Source: Phoronis australis (taxonomy: Eukaryota; Animalia; Phoronida). Taken from it: DNA of 64,000 bases. A model generated the notes under the pieces. It had not been told where the DNA came from. It saw only the letters and a list, made by a program, of their open reading frames with translations, and searched no databases. Shown piece by piece: positions 25,976 to 36,584 of the stretch; the stretch's first letter is position 1; each line of letters opens with the position of its first letter. The DNA is taken from positions 299,657 to 363,656 of the forward strand of contig NMRA01000136.1 in the NCBI GenBank assembly GCA_002633005.1, in the 5' to 3' direction. A program made the translations under genes and the position numbers.

Positions 25976-27199
25976 GACAGAGTCAATATTACGATGCTCG
26001 GAAGTCGTGACCAACGAAACATCCACGCGCGTGTTTCGGCTTACTTTGTCGATAAGCCAGATGTCCAGATTGCTTCTCATATTCAGGTAGCATAGATCCA
26101 ATTTCAAGTGTCAAATTCGGAACACGTTGCAATCGTAACGGCACTATGGCTAAGTATCGGCTACCCCGCGCACTACGTCGTCTGATTCACTGCGCAATGA
26201 AGAAACTTACTTCATTTTTAAAGAAAAATGGAATCCGAGTGACGATGAAATAACAGAAACTGCTGGTAAGATGTGAATTTAAATAGAAACCTTAGTGAAT
26301 CACTCAGAAACTTATAATTTTTTCTTTGTCAAACCTTAATGCCAACACAAAAAAACGGATTTGGTCTTTTGGGCAATTGAAGACTATTTTAAATACAACA
26401 CAGGCCCGTAGGAAGGTAAAAATTATTGGGGGGGGGGGGGNCACCGACCCTGGTCGATACGTAACTTCTAATTTCGAAACCACTGCGTTGCACTGGGGTG
26501 TATATATCAACGCTGTAAAATGAACTACTGCAACCACTAGGTATGTTTTGAATTATATGAAAAAATATGTCTACTAATAATAAGGTGTGTAACAGATGCT
26601 GTACTTTTAGAGTTAATTTTTTGTTAAGATTGACTGGAAAATTTTGGAGCAACATACATGCCGCTCATACGATTACTCTTGCTGAACAGTAAGAATGAAG
26701 GTGTGAAATAATTATAAATGTTTTTATTTACTCTTCAACATAAATTAGTGGACGTTGCCGTGCTGCACACAGGAACTCGGGCTGCAGCTAAGTCTAACGT
26801 GGTAAAAACCCCTTGTGCCTTTCGCATTTCACTTCCTCGTACAAAATCGTTTTCCACATCCACCAAATTTAGCTTATCGCACATGTCTTTGTGAACATGG
26901 AGCAACATTAAATGGTTCAACCTCCCCTGTCCCATTGTGGAACGTAAATATGACTTAACACGCCTAAGAGCACTAAATGCTCGTTCGCTACTGGCATTTG
27001 TTGCAGGCATCACTAACAGCAAGTTTGCTAGTTTAATTACATTTTCGATCAAGTGTTTTTGACCGGCTGATAATTTCTGCAAATGCACGAGACAATGTTA
27101 CCTCTTGACTACCATCCTGTGCATAATTGGCCCCAAACGTAGCCAGGTGACAGCGCAGTGTTGAATCAAAATCATCTTCATAAAAACTGATAACATCTT

Positions 27200-27594
27200 T
27201 GTGAGTGTTTGGCAAGTCAAGAGGAGTTACATCTTTTAAAAGTGCTTTATTGAGAGACGTGAAACATTTCTCATTGACATTTTCACAGTTCTTCTGTTTC
27301 AGTTCTAAAAATAAAAAACAAAATGCATAGCAAACCTCACAGATACAGACAAAATGCAAATTCGGAAATACCAAATACGAAAGTACCATGAAAAATACCT
27401 CAATACTGCCGCTCCCTGGCTCTCCTCACTGGCGCCAAATATGCACTGCCACAATATAAGTAAATCGAGTCAGCGCACAATACTTATACTGAAATGAGGG
27501 TCAGGTCATATGCAAATTACATTCAGTCCATTCAGTCATGAATATACACGTGACCATGAGCCACCCGGAGCAAACAAACGTGAAGTATCTTACA
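27200..27594 (-). mobile_element. Solo LTR (395 bp) inserted in the hAT transposase
   Basis: TGTGAG...CTTACA termini; perfect 5-bp TSD ATCTT (27195-27199 and 27595-27599); AATAAA on the minus strand; removing it restores EYQD-VISFYEDDF. Confidence 0.85.
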
Positions 27595-28193
27595 ATCTTG
27601 GTATTCATTTTCAAAGTTTTCCCCTTTTGCCGCCTTGAGTATCAGCTCCTCACACTGCATATAAATTTTGTAATCTTCTTGATCAAACCTGTCCCGTATT
27701 GATGCAATGATATTGTCAAGAGCTTCAAAATAAATTCTTCTATAATAATCTTCTGGACTCGAAGAAAACTCCGGAGGCGCATTTCCTGTTTCGTATCTAG
27801 CGGGTTTTCTATTGCGTCTAGGGAGACCAGGATCTTTGACGTGATGATCCTTTGCACAAGCTAGGACTTCATCCCAGAAGTTTTTAAATTCTCTGTCGTT
27901 TCTCATCCGTTCTAATGTAGTAAGGGTCATTTTGGCAATCTTTTGAGCCTCAGCCGCGGACATCTGAACGCTTTGTAAAGTTGTACTCAGATTGTCAGCA
28001 TGCACCAACAGGCGCTCTGAAAGTACTAAACCGTAAAAGAAACTAAACTGTGTCATGTGAGACTGAATTCCACGTATCCGCGCTTTCATTTCTGAATCAT
28101 TGCAATTTTGGACTCCCCAGGACCAGAGTTCCTGTAAACAATCATAGTTACCTATCACACGATTCAGAGCGTCAGCCTTCACGGTCCATCTCG

Positions 28194-28354
28194 NNNNNNN
28201 NNNNNNNNNNNNNNNNNNNNNNNNNNNNNNNNNNNNNNNNNNNNNNNNNNNNNNNNNNNNNNNNNNNNNNNNNNNNNNNNNNNNNNNNNNNNNNNNNNNN
28301 NNNNNNNNNNNNNNNNNNNNNNNNNNNNNNNNNNNNNNNNNNNNNNNNNNNNNN
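28194..28354. other. Assembly gap (N run)
   Basis: Run of N inside the transposase; a second single N lies at 26441. Confidence 0.99.
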
Positions 28355-29025
28355 NTAACCGGTAACAACAAATGATAGCTCTTGTTTTGCTGAAGACAGC
28401 AGACCCATGTGGTAAGCTTTTGCACATATGTGACACAACACCTTATCTTCCCCCTCAATATAATGCAGCCACGGCCATGAGATAAACCACTGTTTTTGAA
28501 ATTGACGATTATTCTTGCCAAAAGGTCGTTTTGGAAAGACGTGACTTGAAGGTTGGTGTGGATGCTCGGGAATGTCGTGTAAACCACGTTTTTCTTGCAT
28601 GGTGTGAGCCGACTGAGAAGAACTGTTTTGGTGAGTGTGAGAGTTTTCACTTGGTGCTGAAGAGCTACAATAAAGCTCCTGTGACTGGCTCGATGGTTCT
28701 AAATTCGTAGTACCAGATTTGTGAGTCCCAGCGTTCACCACAAGTGGCTCTGTGTGCAATGTGGCTTCTTCAGAAGTGCTGTTTGCTAACTGCGTAGGAC
28801 AGCTACTGTGGAACACCAGGACGTCCCATAGTTCTGTGTTTAACGTTAAAGAGTTACTTTTGAAATTCCAAGCAGAAGCACATCCAGGTTTAGTACGTAA
28901 TGCGCCGCCTATTAAGTGAGTTTCGAGCGTGAGTGAGTTACTGGTTACAGGTAGGGATTTTACCTTAAAGAAGGCACCTATTTTTCTTTGGTGGAAGCGT
29001 GCTGCTTCTTTGCTCTTGAACACTC

Positions 29026-31790
29026 CTAGGAATCGTCGCAAAATCTTTTTTTATTCATTTGACACTCAGGTACAGGGCGTGTGTTTTTTATTCTAACTGC
29101 TACGACATGATTTGGTTCAAAAATCGCGCCGGGTCGGTTGTCAAGATTTCCATCTCTAGACCACAAGAAAATCGCATATTTGTTGCATGAAGCATTTCCT
29201 AATACACGTGGCAAGATCTCCCCATGAAGGGAATGAACACTTTTTTCTACGTCGGGATATACACTTGTTACTGGCATTTTCAATACAGACGACAGACCCA
29301 TGACAGCCATTAAATCACTCCAATTCCCATCGTGGCACAGATGCTTTGCCTCTCTTACAATGGCTGCTTCATTATCATCGTTTTCAGTGTCTCCAAGACC
29401 GTCCTCCTGAGACATTTCCACAGTGAATAATGTTTGAAAATCCGAAGATACAGAGTTTTCTTTCTGAGTAGCAGCAATAACGTGTGGGTGCCTTGCATGA
29501 AAGTCAGAGTGAATGAAGAGCTCGGCTGCAGTCAGCAGCCTTAATGTCACGTGGAGGGATTCGTCACCTATAAACAGAACTGCAAGGCTGTATCAAGAGA
29601 TTACTTGCCTTTATAAAACAAGGCCATGCGATACTTTAGATAGGTTTTGAAATTCTGTGTAATGACAAGAAATTCGTAAATGGGCCTTATTCCAGGAATG
29701 AGTTTATAGATATAATTTCGACTTTCCGAAATGGCACTTTTAGTGAATGCCAATGGATTTTTTCCCATTTCACGTCCCCAACTTCATGGCAAATGCCCAA
29801 AATGCGCTCATACACAGAACAAAGTACGGGATGATAGTTGTTTCAAAGGGACAAGCCACATACATGTAACCGCCGTCGCGAACCTAACATTACTATTTGC
29901 ACAATTTCAGGTTAGTTTTCTGTTAAGGAAACCGGAAACTTGTCGCAATTTTTTATAATATAAGTTTTGCATTTTGTGCTTTTAAAGTTATGTAGAACCT
30001 AATAAGAGTTCCATTTTTTTCCAAATTCAAAAATGTATTGAATTTGCATCGAACTTTCAAATTCCGATACACTGTTCTCAACACGCTGTTAGGAATTTTT
30101 CTTAAAATGTTCGACCTTTGCATGAGGGCTAATCAAAATAGTGCTTCAGATTTTTATGAAAACGTTTTAAAGTTGCCTAAAACGAAAACGAAACGATATT
30201 TTAGAAAATTGTAACAGCGTTTTTGAGATTTTATTTTAAACAATTATACTACACGAAATTTGCGCATGCTATTGACGCCGCTGTTTTGTTTGATTAACAG
30301 AATGTACCTTATTAATTTGCTAAATTTTCCTATAAGTTAATGTCAAGCAACCTATTTAGTTGCGGACTGGTATGAAATCAAAAATTAAATTCTACGGAAT
30401 TACTACTTTCCAAACATATACTTTTGCTGGGCTAAGTTGTATACAATTTAGTATATTATGTATTTGGCTAAATATACAGGCATGACGAGAAGGTGCTACA
30501 TAACCTTAGTAAGGCGCGATGTGTTAATGTAAAAACTAATTTTGTATTTTTAGGCTGTTGTGATAATCGTAGTTTCTGTTAAACACGCACTCGGCTAATG
30601 GGCGTCATTTTGCTTCTCCAAATTGAACTTTGGTTCATTTGACATTTAGTAGTACAGCAAAGCCTATAACATATTTTTTAACGTACATGTATTTCTTTTA
30701 CTTTTTGGGTATGAAAGAAGGAATTCTGTGTTTCATATTCTTATGTTTCACTGAGCTACTACTCGCGTTTCATAAGAAAGTGAAATACGTTTCTGATTTC
30801 CCGTTATAATGCGACACTAAAGTAGTTCACAAATTCTATTTTGTCATTGTACTACAGCCACTGTTGAATGCTATCCGGAAATATGGTGAACAAACAAAAG
30901 TTGAGACCAAAATGCAAAAGGTGCACGTGTATTATCACCGTGGTCAAATCAATAACTGCTTCCTGTGCAAACGATCAAATCTACGGTCTTCCAGCATAGG
31001 AGTTGAGTGAACGTAGTTAATGTTAAATGCATGCACTTTATGCATGAATACCACAGTTGAAGAAAATAGTCTGCACTATAGATAAACTGTGAGTCGTTGA
31101 CCCCTTTTTCAATTTTTCACTCCCAGTTCTTTGGAAATTTCATTGAAAATATTTAAACTCTTTAATTTTAGAGAATGAGCGTTAATACTATAAGTTTTTC
31201 GTCATTATACAAGTTATTGTCACACAAGTTAAGATATATCTCTATTCATCACCATTTAAAACAGGGTACACGTTTGAATTAGCCGATACCTCAAAACCCA
31301 GGCATTTTCTACCATGATAGCCAATGACTTCTATTTTAGCAACGGGTAATTCATTACATTTCTAGATAGACCGCGTGATTTGTCGTTTACATTCAGCAAA
31401 AACACGATCAGAAAAAAACACTATGAGCCAAAATCGATTCTTAATACATGGGCGGCGCACTATAGGGGGCTGAGAGGCTATCACCCCCCTTAAATCAGTG
31501 GTGCACCGTCCGCGGGCGTAAGCGGCGCACCTGATAGGGGGCTGAGGGAATATAGCTCCCCACTAAATGCTGCGCCGCCCATGTAATATCGACTAAAGTA
31601 AAAGTCAAAAATCTATTACGAAAAATATAAAGTTATACCAGTTATGCAAAGAGAAGCGGCTTGAAATAAACAGTTGCCGTACCCAGATGTGCGAATGGGT
31701 TCGTGTATTGACTGGTGAGATTCGGGAATTATGCATTTTGCGAACTCGTCGATCAGAGCATTTTCCAACAAACTAGATGTAGAAAGAGGG
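29026..31790 (-). CDS. Vertnin-like OTU cysteine-protease domain, two exons (~31790-31639 and 29567-29026), upstream of the hAT transposase
   Basis: Exon A: IDEFAKCIIPESHQSIHEPIRTSGYGNCLFQAASLCIT-G|gtataa. Intron 31638-29568. Exon B: tttatag|G-DESLHVTLRLLTAAEL...CHDGNWSDLMAVMGLSSVLKMPVTSVYP...FLWSR...FEPNHVVAV. Both the Cys box and His box of OTU/vertnin are present. Confidence 0.8.
31447..31583. mobile_element. 137-bp MITE nested in the OTU intron
   Basis: TIRs CATGGGCGGCGCA / TGCGCCGCCCATG flanked by the 5-bp direct repeat TAATA; related copies at 46540-46669. Confidence 0.75.
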
Positions 31791-34136
31791 GGGCTTGTGT
31801 TACAAGGTTACTGTATGTGTCGTATAGACTTCCAGCTTTCTGCGAGTCGTATCCAATCGACGCCACGAGTTCTCCAAGGCCCTGTAAAATACAGAATTTG
31901 TGACCACTGATCGAAATTTACTCCAGTTTCCTGCTATAACGTGCATGCGACAATCACAATGAATAATGCACTGAACACCAAAGTTCAAGCTTAGAACTGC
32001 ACGCGCTACTGCTAGATATAATGTAACACTTACCGGACACACGTGAGGTCTTCACTTTGCCGACGACGCCAAACATCAACTTGAAGTCTTGTTCTGCAGT
32101 CTTGGGAAACGATTCTTTGGCGAAATAAAAGCTGCCTGATCCACACGTTTTTATGGTGTTTTTCTGATAACTAAGTCAGATTCTTCAATTTCGTTATAAG
32201 TCTGAGAAAACTGTACTTCAAATCAAAATACAATGTTGCAGAAGCTTCTACGCTGAAAATTTTGGGGGGGGGGGCACGGGCCCCCCCGGCCCCCCCGCTT
32301 CCTACGGCCCTGCTGAACAAATTTGTTACGAACTGATTGCAAAAAGTATAAAAAGTGCAATAAGCATTACAAAACGAAGCAGGTTTCGCGCGCAAACGCT
32401 GTGGACCACAAACAAGTAGGTCTCTTAGGTCGTGAGTTCGTGTCTGTGATAATTGCAGTTTTTCAAGTTTGACACGTTCTCCGTGTTTTTGTTTTTTTTT
32501 TCTTTGATGATACTTCAGGAATCAAGGAAAATGCTTGATTGCTAGAGGAAAAACAGAAAAATTTTCCTGACGGTAGGGGGACAAACCGCCCCCTCCCGAC
32601 CTCCCCCCATCCGATGCTATGCGCATCTGCAATTGTGCTTTGCGCAAATGTTTACAGACAAAATTTTGGCCCCCCCTTGTGATATCCTAGAGCCGCCACA
32701 GTGACATCGTCGTTAGAACAATTTACGAACTTCGAACAATTTCGTAAGACACCAAATCCGCGCTTGTGACGATAACCCGGGGATGATAATTTCTTCTATC
32801 ATTCAATCATACCTTTCTGTCACTAAATCGGTTACGAAACTTTTCAATAGCCGACAAATTATCAAAGTCCTACCGCCGTCAACTTTCCATCATCAGTGTT
32901 TTCTTCTTGTTAAGATGGCGCTCAAAGGTAATTTATCCCGCTGAGTTGCGTAATGAACACACGCCAGTCGGTAAAGGCGGTCGCTCTGGAAGTCTGCTTC
33001 GTGACTGGAGCATCCCAAAAACGCATGTCAATAAGCTAAGGAACGTTCACCAATATTATGACGTTAGAATACAAATTTACTGTAATAAAATTAAATGCAC
33101 AACATTGACGTTGTCAGCGTTACAAATTCGTGCAATAACGCTTCAGGCAGACAGAAGACTTCAAGTAATGTGCAAGAAACAGCTTGACACCCCTACTACT
33201 AGAATGCGCGAACCCAAACATTTGCTGGCCAATGATTTAAATAATCCCACTTTTCGAAAGTGATACAGTATTCAACAAAAGTGTGAGTGTGATTGTGTGA
33301 TTGAGGGTTGGACTTCGAAGAGGAACGAACATCTCATTTTGTAAGTTTTGTCACATTCTTGAGAATTTCTTAGATATTTGATGAGTTTCTGATCGAACCC
33401 CGACACTTTCAGGGAGAAAATAGTTTTAACTATTGTTCATATACCGTGGCGACCAGTGGCAGTGGCAGTGACAGGGTCAGTATTTCTTGGGCCCGGGATC
33501 TGTTTTTCCATGTTCTTGGACGGTTGTGGACTTGGAATACAAGTAGGTTGGACCTGGGATCAGGTCTCCAAAATGGACCTTAATTGTCAGATGGCGGATT
33601 CTGACTTACCGCATTCGTCATAAATCATCCGACCTTTGAAGACTGTTACCGGTAATGCTAATATTGATTTTTAACGCAGTCAAAATTAAAGGGCAGAAGC
33701 AAACTGGAAATAGTCATAATGCAGCGCCATTTCAAAAATGCATAGTGCCATGAGATTACTGGGGACTGGATGTTCGATTACACATATTTTTCACGGGGGC
33801 ATAGCGAGCGGACCCATTTTGCTGGGAGCTTCCCTGAAGAAATCACCAATTAATTTGTTGGTCCTAACCATTGTTGCGTAAAAACTAACTCTCAGGGCAG
33901 TCGTCTTTTGCAGGCTATAGAATCTAGAGTGTTATTCATATCTGAAGAAGATGGAAAAATGATCTGTATTCACCCACTGACTGGGTTCAGTCAGGTGCTT
34001 GAATTCATATCAGTAGGGACCACTGGGTAGTTTTCACAGACCTGGAAAATACTTGAATTAAGAAATTATTTAATAATACAAAATAAAAGTCCTTAATTTT
34101 TCATCATGATTCAAAAGCAAAATTAAAACTGATGTA

Positions 34137-35060
34137 TTTTGATGCGCCCACATATTTATGTGTGGACGCATTATGCTGTCATCTCTGCCCGTCAGGCTTC
34201 CGGCCTCTGCTGCTCTATCACCAAAGCCCTTTGACATATGTTCATGAAATTTTGCACGTGTTCCTTTCAGGGTTAAGCACATTTGTATTACGGGACCTGA
34301 ACAGAAGTACGAATTTTAAAATTAGCGTGTAAGTGAATAACGACATATTTATCCAATCATTCGGTTTATTACTTTAAGCCATTCTCAAGGAAACAGTTCA
34401 CATACTTAAACAGGCGACACAGGTGGAGAACAGACTTACACACTTCCTTTCTTGGATCGAACGGCATGAGCAACTTTCTACCAGTGTGCCCCCTAGTGGC
34501 AATTTTAGTTTTTTGCGAGATGACGCATAATCCTCCCGTTTTTGGATGGATTCGAGGTATTTTGTGCCACCTAGTAGCCATTTTTACTGTTTTCGAGGAT
34601 GATTGGGAAAATTGGCATGTATGCTCTTACTGCGACGAGGACGGCTGACAATGATTTTCCGACAACTTTGATTACTGTGGTGCCTCGGAGGGGCAGTTTT
34701 GTTTTTTTTTTTGCGCCCATGGCTGTATCTCCTAAACCCTCTGCAGGCTCTTTACTTAATTTAGCAAGTGTATTTATATGAAGTTGAGAATGAATGATGA
34801 CTACTTTCGAACAAATCTGACTACTCACTGATGTGGCCCCCTAGTGGCAATTTTAGTTTCTAACATTTACTTCTGTATCTTCAAATGTCCACAATGAATT
34901 TTCATAAAATTTGAAATATAGTTGTCTATTGGTGAGATGACGCTATCTTCCCGTTTTTGAATGGATTCACAGTATTTTGCACCACCTAGTGGCCATTTTT
35001 GCTGTCTTTGAGTTTTTTTGTCGTCCATCCCTCTATCAACCATATCATTCTAACGATAAA
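34137..35060 (+). mobile_element. DINE/HINE-like (non-autonomous Helentron-type) repeat copy
   Basis: Head ATGCGCCCAC..GTGGACGCAT and internal units containing CCCCCTAGTGGC / CCACCTAGTGGC, as in 55150-56396. Confidence 0.65.
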
Positions 35061-35436
35061 CTTGGCGTGCACTCCTCTCAAGCAGACCACTTTTGAACCT
35101 CTATCTCATTAGGATTATTCTCTGTCGTCAGCAACACTCAGGGATATTCTTAGACCGCACCTTTGTGCCATTAGCGCATAAAAAATCAAAAAGCACTAGT
35201 GCATTTCAGCAGTGCACCTTCCAGGCCCATCTTTTAAAACTCAACACTTTTCCAAAAATGCATAATTCTAGTCAACCTACAGCCATTGTTTTCTTATTCC
35301 GCCTCAGCTGAACAGTCGATTTGAAGTCTTTTTCAGATTGCCTTTTTGTATGGAATTTTTAAATATAAATGCAACTTTTACATGAACATGAACATGACTC
35401 TGTTCTTTTTGATTGCTCTTGGGGTGTCTGTTTCAT

Positions 35437-35497
35437 TAGGCAGTGACTACTGTTTCTAGCTGGAGCAGGTCCAGCTAGAAGCAGTGGTCACTGTCTA
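35437..35497 (+). repeat. 61-bp foldback element (28-bp stem, 5-nt loop)
   Basis: TAGGCAGTGACTACTGTTTCTAGCTGGA-GCAGG-TCCAGCTAGAAGCAGTGGTCACTGTCTA flanked by CTGTTTCA(T/C) direct repeats. Confidence 0.85.
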
Positions 35498-36584
35498 CTG
35501 TTTCACATGTTACCACTTTAATTACATTACACTAAGTCTGTTGGCACAATTTTTTGAAAAAAGGCTCACATTTGATTTTCAGGTGCACCCATAGGGCACA
35601 GGTTCAAACCTGGTCAGGAATATCCCTGAACACTGCCAAAAGAACAGCACTGACTAATACTTTTTAGTGCTTATTGATGAAAGCATAAAATAATATAGTC
35701 ATAACAAGCAGTGTAGTAAATAAACATCGCAAAATTTCCTTCTAAAAAAACAACGTGAAAATTCCCTTCTTGGTAAAGAACGCTGCAAGAATTCTTCTTT
35801 TAAAAGGTACAGGCACCTTTCTCCTGCAAGGGAGGTTGGAACTTAACAAAATGGTCCATTTCTGTACCAGAAGTCTTCAGGCATGCATGCCAAATTTCAA
35901 TTTTGATAAATAAGTACTTTGTGTGGTTAAGATTATCTAGTAGGTAAGTATAAGCTGAGGAAAACTTCCAAAAGTGATTATGTTTTTAAATGGATGGGGT
36001 TTCAATTTCTTCAGACCCTCTAAAAAGGTAGGTATCCGTATTTCTCAGGTATTGAGGGGCCTGATTGTCCTCAAAGGTCATTAAGCTATCTAAGATGCCT
36101 TGGTTAAATTTGTTGAGTAGCAGGGATCATCACTCACCAGTGGTCAAACTTTAAAAACTTGACATCTTAAGTTTCGCAATTTTGTTTGAAATTACTTTAG
36201 TCATTCCCACAGTTAACATTTACACATTTCATTAGATATTTAGTTATCTGCTGCTACTGATTTTTAGACACCACATCCTAATACATTTATCGTACTAAAC
36301 ATTTTAGATGTAGTTTATTAACATTAAAGTGGCCAAAATATGACAAAGTTTCTTTACATTCGAACAACAGATAATTGTCAAAATGGTCATCCATTTTCTT
36401 CAAAGCTCATTGGGTTGCTGAAAATGCCGTTTGAATCACCTCGCAAACTGTCAACTTTTTTTCCACTTATTTTTGTTGAAAATTTGAGAAAATTAATTTC
36501 ACTGTTATGTCGTATTGTGTTATAAGTTCAGGAAGTTTTGAAAATTGAATGACACTTTTGTTACAACCAATTTTACAGGTAAGA

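Larger units (their letters stand above)
26735..29041 (-). pseudogene. hAT transposase (TTF-type zinc finger, RW catalytic region, hATC dimerisation domain)
   Basis: RQFQKQWFISWPWLHYIEGEDKVLCHICAKA; RWTVKADAL; LLVMPATNASSERAFSALRRVKSYLRSTMGQGRLNHLMLLHVH. Broken by the N gap, the solo LTR and a frameshift near 27090. Confidence 0.9.
26401..32312 (-). mobile_element. hAT DNA transposon (ZMYM1/THAP12-like transposase type), ~5.9 kb, disrupted copy
   Basis: 15-bp TIRs CAGG(C/G)CCGTAGGAAG at 26401-26415 and 32298-32312 with poly-G/C subtermini; transposase motifs inside. The flanking 8-mers do not match (ATACAACA vs CTGAACAA), and an assembly N lies at 26441. Confidence 0.85.

Noticed and set aside
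27200-27594. Intron in the hAT transposase
   Set aside because: A GTAAGA is present at the minus-strand start, but TG...CA ends with a perfect 5-bp TSD identify a solo LTR.
29042-29055. Programmed -1 ribosomal frameshift site
   Set aside because: The A7 run is not in the canonical X XXY YYZ phase and I see no downstream stimulator; a similar homopolymer shift near 31790 favours error or decay.
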